In this document: piece by piece, positions 50,289 through 64,000 of the stretch
How the letters are laid out: every line of letters begins with the position of its first letter
Numbering within the stretch: the stretch's first letter is position 1
Source: Octopus sinensis
Taxonomy: Eukaryota
Assembly (NCBI RefSeq): GCF_006345805.1
Contig: NC_042998.1
Coordinates: 15,624,001 to 15,688,000 of the forward strand
Direction of reading: 5' to 3'
DNA length: 64,000 bases
Notes under the pieces: generated by a model
What the model was told of the DNA's origin: nothing
The model's input: the letters and a program-made list of their open reading frames with translations, nothing else
Database searches by the model: none
Made by a program: the position numbers and the translations under genes

Positions 50289-50377
50289 ATACTAACAATG
50301 ATAGTGCGCAGGCAAACATAAGCACGTACGCACGCATTCACATACAGACGCATTCACACAAGTATATTATATATATA

Positions 50378-50610
50378 GGGAGAGTATACGAAAAAAAAAA
50401 CAAACGACGAAGACAGGTGGTGTACAAAACAAACAGATGTCTTAGTATAACGCTCAGGAATAGAAAAAAGTCTTTTACGTTTCGAGCCTTCGCTCTTCTA
50501 CAGAAAGGGACACAGAAAAAACAAGGAGAGAAACAAGAAGAGAAAAAAAGGAGAGAAACAAGGAGAGAAAAAAAGGAGAGAAACAAGGAGAGAAAAAAAG
50601 GAGAGAAAAA
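50378..50610 (-). mobile_element. Family H2 repeat with ultra-minimal HHR-like motif at 50472-50507
   Basis: Minus: CTTT CTGTAGA A GAGC GAAG GCTC GAAA CG TA AAAG. Confidence 0.65.
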
Positions 50611-51055
50611 AATATATATATATACGCGTTTGTGTATGGATATATGCGTCACGCACACATATGTATATTTATATATAATCCTATACTCATTTTCGTCACT
50701 GGAATGCGGCAATAAGGAGGCGACACTTGTTCTAGTTGATCAAATAAACGAAGTATATATTCTTTATGATCTACCAATAATTATATAACTCTCTTACACC
50801 GGACACTTCCCACCCTATATACAGACACGTCTTCACACGTACACACACGCACACACACATACACACACATATACATAACAGATACGTAAGCAACGGAAGA
50901 AGAGATATTGGCCTCTGTATTACTGCGTCTGACCCCAACTCCATTGTACTCATTCTCCTGAGTTATGTATTTTATTACCTCATTCATATACAATATCATA
51001 TCCCAGCAGAAGCAGATTCGTATAATCCATAGCTACACACTCATAAACCCATGCA

Positions 51056-51202
<147 letters not shown>

Positions 51203-51203
51203 C

Positions 51204-51269
<66 letters not shown>

Positions 51270-51271
<2 letters not shown>

Positions 51272-51291
51272 CGCACGCAGACACACATAAA

Positions 51292-51335
<44 letters not shown>

Positions 51336-51518
51336 ATATATATAATATATATATATATATATTATATATATATATATATGTGTGTATGCATATATATAAT
51401 GTATATATGTATATATATATACACACATACATATATATATATTTGAATATATATATTCACATATATATATATACATACAAATACATACGCACAAACACAG
51501 CCACAAACTCACACACAT

Positions 51519-51577
<59 letters not shown>

Positions 51578-51633
51578 CGCACGCAGACACACATAAAGCC
51601 ATATATATATATATATATATATAGATATATATA

Positions 51634-51678
<45 letters not shown>

Positions 51679-51830
51679 ATATGTGTGTATGCATATATAT
51701 AATGTATATATGTATATATATATACACACATACATATATATATATTTGAATATATATATTCACATATATATATACATACAAATACATACGCACAAACACA
51801 GCCACAAACTCACACACATACACACACACA
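51270..51830. repeat. Tandem duplication of a ~300 bp TA/CA-rich unit
   Basis: CACGCGCACGCAGACACACATAAAGCC and ACGCACAAACACAGCCACAAACTCAC each occur twice, ~300 bp apart. Confidence 0.8.
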
Positions 51831-51989
51831 TCCACACAAACACACGTAGTATTGGCATGTCTCTAGCTTTGCGTATGTGCATTGCTATATATCATGTGAA
51901 GCACATGTAAATGTGTAATGAATGAGATTGAACGAATTCTTCTAACACGGTCTGTTACTTAAAAGACATGAAAGGCCTACTGAGCTAAA

Positions 51990-52230
51990 CTGCTGCAGAT
52001 AATGTTTCAAGAACTCCTTGACCACGACAGCGTAATGACCCCTACACGTAAGAAGGACGAAGAGCAAATGCCAGGTCACACACAACTAGTCTCCCTGACA
52101 TCGTATATCAACAAGTTCAGGGAAGAAATTATTTATGAGAAGCTGATAACTTTCTTAGAAAATAATAAACTGCTAAGTAATAGGCAGAATGGTTTCAGTT
52201 GAAGTAGAATCTGTCATGCGCGGCTTCTTC
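51990..52230 (+). pseudogene. CR1-type RT fragment
   Basis: KKDEEQMPGHTQLVSLTSYINKFREEIIYEKLITFLENNKLLSNRQNGFS resembles KKGD...PGNYRPVSLTS..K..E.I....L..FLE.N.LL...Q.GF. Confidence 0.65.
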
Positions 52231-53869
52231 GTCGCTATTTATTGATACGTTGTTAAAAGCATCTCATACAATATCGAATGCTGATATGGTATAAACTACG
52301 TCAGCATGGAATCGAAATAATCCAGCAAAGAGGTCAACATATCATTTTCGTCTGAATGTCACTGGCGATACAGCTCCGTGATTATTGCTAAGAATCCAAA
52401 CTCTTCGAAATGGTTGAATGTTTTCTTTACGTACATTACTTCTGATTGTTGTTGCCAATGTTCCTGGTTCATATTGTAGCGGTATTTCCACCCACCCCAA
52501 CAAGTAGTTTTCACCGAGGAGATCTCTGAACAAAGGAGTTTTTGCAATGATCATACTTCTCTTCACAGTTTTGAAGGACTCCATCGACTATATTTTCTTA
52601 ATTTCTTTCTGCCGTGTGTGTTCGATTGAGAGTGAGGAGTACATTTAGCTGTTACTTTTAGCAATTCTTACTTCCAAACACAGACGCATTTTTTCGTTTA
52701 TATTTTCGGTATCATAATCGAACACCATACAAAGCGACGAAATCTGTACTCTGGTTTGAGCTGCTGAGGTAACTTAATCCAATGAATAAGACTGACCTGC
52801 AACTAGCCACTGGCGATGCATGGATAGAAAATAACCCTCATTCATTAAAAAAATATGCAATTTTAATTTGAACATTTATCTTTTATGTTCTTGCTTCTGG
52901 AAAGAATTACGAGTGGGAAACAACATCAATAATTTGCTAAACAAATTACTGCATAAATATTATAATCTATACAAACAGAGTGCATTAGGAAACATTGAAT
53001 ATCGATTTTTATGATACTTATATGCACTTTTCAGGCGCCATAACAAGTTCAGAGATTCGGTTTTTCATTTTAATATTCTCAAAATGCTACCAACTCTGTT
53101 AAGTCACTAAGATTTGCAAACACATCACCATAACTTATTTCTAGACTAAAAAATTCTGGTAAAGACTAATGCTTAAACTATAAAATCGATCTCACCTTAT
53201 TGCAGTAAATAAGGCAAGGCAATGATGGAGCAATATCTTAACCTTTCAACTGTTTAAAACGAATATTCATAGGTGTACGGCATGAAAAAAATATGAAAAT
53301 ATATGGACGCCTTCCGTTATAGCTGCCAGACCAGAGTTGATTCCCTGCAACTAGAAATCAAGTGAAAAACAAAACAAGCGAGGAAAAAAGGGGTTCACAT
53401 TAAAACCTTTGTACTTATTGTGTGGTGTACACACATATATAAAGTGAAATCCAACTAGATTTAAGCATAGAAATCATAGAAATGATCAAAATGAATGAAG
53501 GTGAAGACATATGTATATTGAATACATCATATTTTATATATTATTGTTTCAGTTCTAGGATTAGAGTCGCGCTGGGGCACCGCCTTGCATGATACAGCCA
53601 AAAGAATTGAGCAAAGTACTTCATTTTTCAAACCTGGTACCTTTTTTATCGGTCCATTGGAATATGCTACGGGGATGTAAATAAACAAACACACATGCAC
53701 ACACATTCATGCGCGGGCACACACACATACACGTACACACATATATTTATATATATACACACACAATTTCCGTCCACAAGATCCGCTTACATATCCTTGG
53801 CCAACCCGCGGATGTAGTGGTTGACAAGTGGCCAAGGTGCCACGCACAGGGAATCAAATTGGAACTAAG

Positions 53870-54120
53870 TAGTTGGAAAGAAACTTTCTTATTTCTTTAC
53901 TACCCACAAGGGGCTAAACACAGAGAGGACAAACAAGAACAGACAAAGGGATAAAGTCCATTATATCGACCCCACTTCGTAACTGGTACTTAATTTATCA
54001 ACGACGAAAGGATGAAAGGCAAAGTCGACCTCGGCGGAATTTGAACTCAGAACGTAACGACAGACGAAATACGGCTACGCATTTCGCCCGGTGTGCTAAC
54101 GACTCTCCCAGCTCATGGCC
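53870..54120 (-). mobile_element. tRNA-SINE family D
   Basis: TTTCTTTACTACCCACAAGGGGCTAAACACAGAG..GGATGAAAGGCAAAGTCGACCTCGGCGGAATTTGAACTCAG..CATTTCGCCCGGTGTGCTAACG. Confidence 0.8.
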
Positions 54121-54679
54121 TTTGGAAAGTAACATTCTTACCACTCATCTACGTTTGCACATATAAACACGCCTGTGTCAGTGTTTAGTATTCGTATAAT
54201 CACAATATCTCGCTTTTGCAGCCGAATGCGGCACTGAGTATAGACGTATGTTTGTGAGTTGGTTTTATTATATCTTGACATAGGTATATCCCTATCGGTT
54301 GGCGCTTTCGACGTTTGATATCTAAATAATACAGTAGCTTATTACAAGATTTCAAATTGTCAAACTACATTTTGCAATATAATTGCTTTAATCCCGTGAC
54401 GTTAAATAGATATCGTAGAATATGTTATCGATTTCTATGTTGAAATTATAAGTTATATTAAGTTTCAAATGAGTTACACAGAAGATTTAATCCCACCGAG
54501 TATCTCCTGGAAGTATTGCATCAAAAATAATTGACACCCTGATTAGGCGGAAGGACTTAATGCCAAGCTAAAGCTGGAAAGAAGGGTTGCGTCTATTCTT
54601 ATATGACAAGTCATTAGTGCAGGTCGTTCGGCAATAGCTAGAATCTCATACGTTCTCTATCTCACACGTACTCTTTCCT

Positions 54680-54713
<34 letters not shown>

Positions 54714-54827
54714 AATATATACAGGGTGATTCAAAAGTCACCATATATAGGAAAAAATATTTTTTTAATAAGAAACAGTTAAAAAACTTTCTTATAAAAT
54801 GAAATTAATTGTTCTTTATGTATACTC

Positions 54828-55058
54828 TTTTACTCTTTTACTTGTTTCAGTCATTTGACTGCGGCCATGCTGGAGCACCGCTTTAGTCGACCAAATCGAC
54901 GCCGATACTTATTATTTGTAAGCCTAGTACTTATTCTATCGGATCTGTGTTTGCCGAACCGCTACGTTACGGGGACGTAAACACACCAGCATCAGTTGTC
55001 AAGCGATTGGGGGGGGGTCATACACACTCACACATACACACACACACACAAACACACA

Positions 55059-55103
<45 letters not shown>

Positions 55104-55271
55104 GTATACATACATATATACTACGGGCTTCTTTCAGTATCAGCTGACAAGGCTTTGGTCGGCCCGAGGCTATAGTAGAAGACACTTGCCCAAGTTGCCA
55201 CGCAGTGCGACTGAACCCGGAACTATGTGGTTCGTTAGCAAGCTACTTACCTCAAAGCCACTCTTACGCCT
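54828..55271 (-). mobile_element. SINE family A
   Basis: Same body and tail as 6685-7100. Confidence 0.8.
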
Positions 55272-55761
55272 TTATGGCGACTTTTGCATCACACTGTATA
55301 TATAATGTATATACATACATATATACATACATATATGCAAATACACATACACACACACATTTTTATATAAGGTAATCACTAGCTATATCGTGGTTCACCT
55401 ACTGCGCCCTTAGTACACTGCGGATTTTTCTCACTTATATATGTAAATTTATATCGTATTCTCCTCAGTATATGTTGGGTTTCTGCAGCCGATAGGTATT
55501 TTTATTTTTTTAGATTTTCATTATTTCTGTTACAAAATAAGCATTTTCACGCCTAAATATTAATAAATACATTAATTAAAATATATTAAAAGAAAATACA
55601 GAGTGTACCGTACATGGGTAAACAAAGAATGAAACACATTGTAAGGAAAGTGAAATTTGGGAGGCGAAAAAAGAGGAGATACGTGTACTTTTAAGGGCGT
55701 GGTGAGAGTTTATAAAAGCTTAGATATATAAAAATAATAAAATATATACAAAATATAAAAT

Positions 55762-56138
55762 TAGCTTGCTAACCAACCACATGGTTCCGGGTTCAGTCCC
55801 ACTGCGTGGCATCTTGGGCAAGTGTCTTCTGCTATAGCCCCGGGCCGACCAATGCCTTGTGAGTGGATTTGGTAGACGGAAACCGAAAGGAGCCTGTCGT
55901 ATATATATATATATATATGTATGTATGTGTATGTGTTTGTCCCCCTAGCTTTGCTTGACAACGGATGCTGGTGTGTTTATGTCCCCGTTACTTAGCAGTT
56001 CGGCAAAAGAGACCGATAGAATAAGTACTGGGCTTACAAAAGAATAGTCCCGGGGTCGAGTTGCTCGATTAAAGGCGGTGCTCCAACATGGCCGCAGTCA
56101 AATGACTGAAACAAGTAAAAGAGTAAAAGAGTTAAAAA
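55762..56138 (+). mobile_element. SINE family A (slightly 5' truncated), head-to-head with the previous copy
   Basis: TAGCTTGCTAACCAACCACATGGTTCCGGGTTCAGTCCCACTG..GACTGAAACAAGTAAAAGAGTAAAAGAG. Confidence 0.85.
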
Positions 56139-56163
56139 CATATACGGTACAATATTGTTTTTG

Positions 56164-56465
56164 TGGAGGCACATGGCCTAGTGCTTAGAGCAGCGGATTC
56201 CCGGCCGAGGGATCCCGGGTTCGAATCTCAGACCGGGCGATGTATGTGCTTATGAGCGAAACACCTAAGTTCCACGCGACTTTGACAGAAGGTAATGGCG
56301 TACTTCTGCTGAATCTTTCGCCTTCACTTTCCCTCTTTACGATTGCATCTAGCAACTTACCTGGGACAGATGGCCGTCCCGTCCAGGTGGAGATCCTATA
56401 CGCCAATGAAAATGGGAAACTGGCAATTATGAGCCAGGCGTGGCTCGAGAAGGAACAAAACACAA
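56164..56465 (+). mobile_element. tRNA-derived SINE, family B
   Basis: Head GGAGGCACATGGCCTAGTGCTTAGAGCAGCGG..GGGTTCGAATCTCAG with clear A/B boxes; (CAA)-like tail. Confidence 0.7.
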
Positions 56466-56714
56466 CAGCATACAGTTTCTACTTCGCTGAATTACTCCTA
56501 TCGCGGAGGGCTTTCGAACGTAACGCCCCGCTATAGAGTAGGGGATTACTATATATCTATATGTGTGTATGTGTATGTGTGTGCGTGTGTGAGTGTATGT
56601 GTATGTGTGTGCATATATATATACAAAAGTGAATTAATGGGGGTAAAAATTTATATTATTGATTAATATGGCTAATATACATAAAAATTTCCTAAGATTA
56701 TAAATTATATCCTA

Positions 56715-57235
56715 TATAGATAAATAACAGGAAAGGTCTCCAAAGTTGATTCCTAAGATGCTAGAAGACACCGAATCGCCTTACCACGAAGAATACGTTC
56801 TCAAAAATTTTAGCAAGCGTCAGAATGTATGCGAACAAGACGAATGAAAGGAGATTAAATAGAGCACTTAATTCCATCTCTTAAGTTTTCGCTATGAACG
56901 ATCACTAACGTGATCATCGTAGCTCTTCGGTGAAGTCATACCAGGACACATAATCCGCGGAACTAGATACAAAACGTCCTCGCGACAGAGAACATGCGCG
57001 GATTATGTGCCTTGGAAAGACTTCACGGAAGAGCCACGGATGATCACGTTAGTGTTCGTTGACATTGAAATCTTAAGGTATTGAGTTAATTGGTCTATTT
57101 TGTCTCCTTTCATTTGTCTTGCTCGCATACATTTTGGCGTTTGCTAGAACATTTGAGAACATATTCTTCAAGGTAAGGCGATTCTGCGTCTTCTTTTAGC
57201 ATATTAGGAATTCGCCTTGGTGGCTATTCCTCTTA
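56715..57235. repeat. ~520 bp older, visibly diverged fold-back
   Basis: GAATCGCCTTACC..GAATGTATGCGA..GATCACTAACGTGATCATC..CATAATCCGCG is mirrored by CGCGGATTATGTG..GATGATCACGTTAGTG..TCGCATACATT..GGTAAGGCGATTC. Confidence 0.85.
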
Positions 57236-57236
57236 T

Positions 57237-57361
<125 letters not shown>

Positions 57362-57528
57362 ATATATATATATATAATATATATATATATGAACTTACTT
57401 CGAGAAAAGAAAAGAAACGAAACGACGCTAGGGCGCTCATTCATACAATAATTTAATAAATAAAATATATGCATACATACATATATGTACGTACCTACAT
57501 CTACATGTATATATACATGCATATATAT

Positions 57529-57579
<51 letters not shown>

Positions 57580-57732
57580 GTACCTACATATATATATATA
57601 TGCATGTATATATACATGTAGATGTAGGTACGTATATATATGTATGTAGGCATATATTTTATTTATTAAATTATTATATATATATATATTTAAAAAAGGA
57701 GATGTGGAACACGAGTTGTGATATATAAAAAA

Positions 57733-57891
57733 GGAAATGAAGAAAATGCTGACAAAATAATTTAAGTAATTTAAGTAAGAGGAAAAAACTTTTGATAAGC
57801 ATAACAAATGCGCAACCGGTAAAAAGAACTTCACCTAATTAAATTACTTAAATTACTTAAATTATTTTGTCAGCATTTTCTTCATTTCCTT
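57733..57891. repeat. Hairpin with ~47 bp near-perfect arms and a fossil HHR-like loop (57789-57826, +)
   Basis: AAGGAAATGAAGAAAATGCTGACAAAATAATTTAAGTAATTTAAGTAA and its reverse complement; loop CTTT TGATAA GCAT AACAA ATGC GCAA CCGG TA AAAAG. Confidence 0.8.
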
Positions 57892-57913
57892 ATATATATA
57901 TATATATATATAT

Positions 57914-57944
<31 letters not shown>

Positions 57945-57963
57945 TTGATAGATAGATAGATAT

Positions 57964-58029
<66 letters not shown>

Positions 58030-58258
58030 AACATACATGCACACAGAAACATACTCACAAATATGTTCATAGTGACTGACAATATTGACAATATTTTTGG
58101 GGTTTCATAATGCAGAGTGTAGAGAAGGAAGTTAGTAAATAGAAATTAACTATGCTTCGATTAATTCAACCACTCTGCTGATTCTAGCCTTTTTATTCAC
58201 ATTCATTACTACGTTGCGACGGTTCAACCACAAATCACTGATACACACACACACACTC

Positions 58259-58293
<35 letters not shown>

Positions 58294-58849
58294 ATATATA
58301 TACATATATACAAGTGCACACTCACTTATGCATAGGCAGACATACATTCATAAACACATTCACGTGTATGTGTATGTATATATATATGTATATATAAGTA
58401 TGTATGCATATATATATATATATATTTATTGGTTGTGTGTATGTAAAATGCATCTTATGACCAGGCGAAATCAAACATGACTATAAACTTGATCTTCCAC
58501 ATTACAGTAGAACAACCATTCCGTTGGCCAGTGTCCAGGTCCCATACAGCTACAACATATACATACTGATTGCATTAAACATCGTTGTAATAACGGATTT
58601 TTGAAGAAGAGATGGCTGAGTCAGTCTTGTATTAGTAATTTCTAAACTTACAATTTTATTGAAGATGTATTTGCCAAAATCCATCGATTTTTTTTTTTTT
58701 GCAAAATGGTAGTAATCTTCAATTTTTTCCATACATTGCAAAGCGCTTATAGAGAATTTTACTGGTTTGTGTTTAGCGCACTTACATTTCCAATTACTGC
58801 AACATACAAGCATATACTTATACATATACATATTTACATATAGAATTTT

Positions 58850-60520
58850 TAATGTTAGGACATCTATTATGTTTACAATAGATTTGTGTTCGATAACCAC
58901 AGCAAACATTAGTGAAACAGGGATTTCCGATACGCAATCGCTTACGTTTCTTCTGTACGGCTACGGGGTTTATACCCCCTATGGTCGGCCTGGATTAAAT
59001 GGCATCACAGTGCTTTTTGGGAAAGGCCTTGACTTGAAGGTGAATATGGCCTTGCTCGACCCGGTCGGTAGGATGGTCGTCTAGGATGTAAGCAGCAAAG
59101 AAGGCAACAGTGGGGCTTTCAGACTAGTGGCAGTCTATGCCCAAACAGGAGTTGGACGGCCAGATTTCTTTAGACGTCTAGAGATTTCCTTGGGACATCT
59201 CGCTGATTAGTATTAATGGGCGACTGGAATTGTATCTTAGACACAATCAAGGATTATGCAGCAACAGCGGATAAGAGGGTCGGGTGCAAAAGACTCGCTC
59301 ACCTCTGGCATTTCCAACTGTATGAAAGGCTACGCTTCGATCACCCATATGTATCAATGTGGACGTGGTCAAATCGCCGTGGGACGTTCAGATAAGATTT
59401 TTATGAGGCCAGCAGGCAGGTAGAGACTAAGTCGCTCCCATTTTCAGATTGTTGGCTATTCAGATAATAAACTCAGGACCTTTACAGTCAACTTAGGAAA
59501 AATAATCAGACTACGACCTGGTTACTGGAAGATGAACGCGTCCCACCCGGCTCCAAAATATTTTAGGGACTGGATTAGTTGCTTACTTAAACAGGAATTG
59601 ACGGGGGCCATCATCGGCAAAAGGTTGTGGGTCGCCTTAAAAAGAACGTTGGAGAGGTGTCAGTTAGGTTTAGCACAGAAATTGCTTTATAAAATAATAG
59701 AATAGAAAACAAACAAGTTAGTAACTTAGAAGAAGCACATAAAAATGGGTTGGTAAATGACGTGCTAGCGGCGAGAATGGCACTGGACTATTTCTTCGGT
59801 GTAAAATATAAAGGCTGTATTTCCGAGCTAAGGTGCATGCCATGAAACACGAAGCCTCAAAGCCGTTGGTTGGTCACGGGTAGCGGAGGCCCAGCATGGA
59901 AAAATATTTAGGATTAGCTTTATGACAGACCGCAGCGGTCATGTGCACACCGATACCAAACAGACGAGCACAGTGTTTCGATAGTATCTCGCCGACCTCT
60001 TTTGAAGAAGTAGCATTCTTGTTACATCTAGCGTTGAGGCTTATCTTGTGGGTATGCTGCGCCTTTAGGACAAGAATATTGAGTGCTGTAGAAGCCTATT
60101 GCCGTGGAGGAAGATCTACTGGGGTGCAAGTCACCAGGATTGGATGGTCCGCCCTATGAACTATATGCCCACACGTCCCACTATTTACGTCGGTTTTAGC
60201 AGCTGTCTACTACTCCTGGCAGCAAACAGGAAGCATTCCCAGTCGTGTGAGCCGGTGAGTGGTGATAATGTTGAGAAAAGATCTAAACAAGGAGGATGTG
60301 ATTGAAAACTTCAGGCCCTTAACTCTACTCAACATTGAGTTAAAGATTTTAGCTAGGGTACTAGCCAAGAGGCTGGCGCTTGTTATCAGTAATATAGTCG
60401 AGGATGCACAAACCTGTGCGATTCCCGGTAGATCTATCCACTACAATCTTCTCTTCATGTGATACACCGTAGAACGGGCAGGGAATAGATCGGGCTTTGG
60501 AGGGGCTCTGGCCAAGCTGG
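58850..60520 (+). mobile_element. Decayed Tx1/L1-like ORF2 (APE endonuclease + start of RT)
   Basis: SETGI..GRMVV*DV..FRLVAVYA..LVLMGDWNCILD..WTWSN (APE); PGLDG.PYE, MLRKDLNKEDVIENFRPLTLLNIELKILARVLAKRL..AQTCAIPGRSI (RT). Many stops and frameshifts. Confidence 0.85.
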
Positions 60521-60522
60521 AC

Positions 60523-60622
60523 GAGTCCTGGTGTTTTTGTTATGTATTTGTCTGAAATTTTTTTTATCATACCTAATGCACCTACTATGATAGGAATTGT
60601 TTCTGTTTTTAGGCTCCACATT
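60523..60622 (-). mobile_element. Internal RLE-domain fragment of the R4/Dong-like family, antisense to the Tx1 element
   Basis: MWSLKTETIPIIVGALGMIKKISDKYITKTPGL is nearly identical to 25862-25960. Confidence 0.85.
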
Positions 60623-60839
60623 CGAATTACCTATAACAATCTATGGAGTAGGAGTGATTTACTTTAGGGACGGTAAATGGAGGCGAACTGTAGCAGAAGT
60701 TTAGCCGGTGGTATTTCTATCAAAATAAAACTGCAAGTGTTTTGTGTTTTGAGAATCCCTGGAGCCGTTCTGTTGTTTCTCTCTCTCTCTCTTTCTCTTT
60801 GTATATATTAATACATCTATCTATCTATCTATCTATCTA

Positions 60840-60874
<35 letters not shown>

Positions 60875-60893
60875 ATATCTATCTATCTATCTT

Positions 60894-60960
<67 letters not shown>

Positions 60961-63910
60961 ATCAGTCTATCTCTCTATCCATAAAATGTCAGGTGAGAAG
61001 GAAGAAAATCCACAAAAAGCACGTCTGTGGTTGTGTTTGGATATATAGTGTTTCGAAGTGGCGTTATATTATAATGTAAAGACAGTTTGTATACTGTTAA
61101 TGAAGTATTTACAATATAATGAGGCTACAGGTTGAAAAGCTGTTCTGTCCGATTATCCTAAGTGTAAAACGATAACAAAATTTAATTTATTGCCCTAAAT
61201 CTCGAAATTCCACACCCTAACGTGTCATTCAAACAACAAGATGCGACAGCAAAATCATTTTTTATATATTGCCTATCATCATACAAACACGAAGTAGAAA
61301 TTTAATAACGAATACGTATGGGGGTAAGGTGGATTTTGTTTCTAGATCTAAGCGATCAAGGCGAACGTGATGTAAATCACGTCAACAGGAAAAAAGGAAA
61401 AAAAATATAGCAATGCACATTTCCAAATAGTAAAAAGAAAAAAGGGGAGAAAAATGTAAACATTATTTTCGATGTCCTTTAATATGATTTTATTTATTGA
61501 TATATTTTTTTTTAAAAAAGATCAATTTCTACTTTGCTATAATGTTTGAAATGTGGTCATGCGATTTAAAAAGCGAAAATAATATTAATTCATCTAGCAC
61601 ATGACCTATTGCAAAGAGCTGCCTGACGTACAAGTAATTTACTAAAAAATGAAATTTCCAAAGAAATTTAAAAAATAGTATTGTAGTAAAAAATTATAAA
61701 TATATTTTTACATTTTTTGCTGAGTAATCATTGGTAAAAGCAATATGGGAATAATATAATTTTGAACTTCCTAGCGTCAGCAAATTCTAAATAGCAGAAT
61801 GGACACAAAATCAATCAATGATTGAATGAAACAAACAGGACAAAAACAGTGGCATCTAAATGTTTGTTGTTTATAAGTGACACAGTGACGCTGGTAGCAT
61901 GGGTCACGTTAGAGTTATGGTGGATGTCAGTAGGAGTGGACAAAGCGTTGAGGAGATGGTGGAATTATAAACAACTGGTTTCTAAAAATACATTGTAGAG
62001 TGATAAAAAGAACAATTTGTTTTAATGACAAATTTATTAGGAATATTAGATGTGCCCTAAGGGTATGCTCGTCCTAACAGTAAGCGGTTTTCCTGAGAAA
62101 CCACGATGTTGAAGAGAGTAGATTGCCAAAACGGCATATGTTGCTAAAATCAAGTCCTTTAGCAAAACTGTTATTCTCCACAAGAAACAGGGAAAAAAAA
62201 CCCAGAGAACACTAAATTTAGCAAAGTATTGAATTGGAGATTATATTCAGGTAAACAGTGTACCCTCTCCCAGTACTGTAATATACTATTTCAGTAAATC
62301 ATCTCTTTCTCTTCTACAAATTACAACAAAGAACAAGTAACAACGTCTTGGACTTAGAATTTGGTGAAGATACTCGTCACGTTATCGATAAGTGTTCACA
62401 AAATATTAGTCGAAGATACACAAGCCGATGTGCTCAAGTGAAGTCTAAACATGATAATTTACATCAACAGCAACGTATTCATGCCTGATAAAGCTTCAGC
62501 GGTGATCTTAACTTCGATTAGTGTAAAGTGTTCAAAAGGATTGGTCAAATATACCTTGTATCTCTCCTTTAGCGTAAGTTTTTTGCGTCATCTCTTCAGA
62601 ACCTTCATTGCTAATATGTATTACATCATCATGTTATTGGTGAAATTGTGCATAATACCCGACAAGGATATGCTCCCGAAGACACATTTTCCGCTACCTC
62701 TCGTTTTATCTCACCCTCTCTCGCACTTCGGCATTTATACAATCATTTTTGTATTCGAATCAATAGAGTTTCTATCGAGAAAACTTAAAAAAAAAAAAGC
62801 TTTTAAAAAATACACACACCTCCCAGTCCTTCCCAAAATGAATCAGATTTCATCTCTTGCAGTCTTAAGCTAATTGTTTTAGGATATGTTGTGATAAAAA
62901 ATTCCCTTATTTTCAGTTCCAAAGAAAAGCGAGAGGTACCGTCAGTGATTGGTTCAGAATACAACCGGGAATATCTTACAAATGGTAGTGGTGAGACGGC
63001 AAAAAATCACCATACAGTCTGAGGTACAGACAGGACAATAAATAGGAGGCAATGTCCTCGATTACATGATTATATTGCAAACGGAATCATATCAGTGCGA
63101 TTACTTAGATTGGCCAACGATACACGTACATGTACACACGCTGTAACATATACCTACAGAAATACATGCACAGAACTCACACACATAGACAAAAACATTT
63201 ATATTCGCTTAAATATATGGCCAAATAGATACATTTATAAATACACTGAGATACGCATACATATAGACAAGTACATACGTATATAACTGCGCATACATAT
63301 GTGGGGATTTGAGTGCTTAGAAGTAAATATATAGTGAGACATAGATTGAAGGACACTTACAGTCAACGATGTGTTTGTTAAGGTCTGGGTGATAGAAATC
63401 GAAAAAAAACTTATCGTCCATATGTGTATGTATGCATGTATGTATGTGTGTATGTGTGTGTATGCGTGTGTTTGTGTGAGTGCATGTGTGTGTGTATCTC
63501 TAGATATCTCCCCAACACCATTTGACAACCTGCGTCGGTGTGTGCACGTCTGCATAACTTAGAGGTAAAAGATAGAATAAATCGTTGATTTGTTCGACTA
63601 AAACACTTCAAGGCGCTACCCCAGGATGGCCTCAGTCTGACGACTGAAACATGTGAAAGGATATAAGAATAAAATGTGAGCCTGCCTGTGTATGCGTGTG
63701 TTTCGACAGACACGTATTTATATATATATACATAGACATTCACACACATACTCCCCCACACATATATACATACATACATACATACATATATATATATATA
63801 TATTGATATTGATACACATATATTGATAGCTAGATAATATATATGTACATAGTATATATATATGTATACGTATTTATATATATATTCATGTGTGTATGTA
63901 TATATATAAT

Positions 63911-63976
<66 letters not shown>

Positions 63977-64000
63977 CATACACTCATATATATATATGCA

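Noticed and set aside
62296-62489. Possible terminal exon after TTTTCAG (..NVLDLEFGEDTRHVIDKCSQ..KHDNLHQQQRIHA*)
   Set aside because: No recognisable homology; the zinc-finger-like ending lacks the C2H2 pattern; no supporting exons.

Overview
AT-rich eukaryotic DNA dense with microsatellites ((TA)n, (TAA)n, (GAA)n, (TATC)n). By recognition, not database search, the repeat landscape (tRNA-derived SINEs with AAGAGTAA-type tails, long TA/TAA tracts) looks like an Octopus genome. No host protein-coding exon can be supported, and most of the ORF track is translated microsatellite. Recognisable elements: a near-full-length but frameshifted R4/Dong-clade non-LTR retrotransposon (RT + CCHC + restriction-like endonuclease) in a 2.3 kb (TAA)n tract; a decayed mariner; Tx1/L1-like and CR1/L2-like fragments; Penelope-like (PLE) RT and GIY-YIG remnants; many SINEs; and a full-length 5S rRNA copy fused to a SINE-type 3' tail. 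The main hidden signal is more than a dozen type I hammerhead-ribozyme (HHR) or HHR-like motifs in several unrelated short non-coding repeat families. They share a minimal, usually palindromic helix III and show family-specific but complementary helices. Many sit in fold-back or partial tandem structures, and one lies just downstream of a PLE GIY-YIG remnant. The best-preserved motifs are at 49995-50093 (-), 33072-33167 (+) and the twin pair in the 17.5 kb hairpin. All ribozyme calls are by-eye structure matches; cleavage activity and expression are untested.
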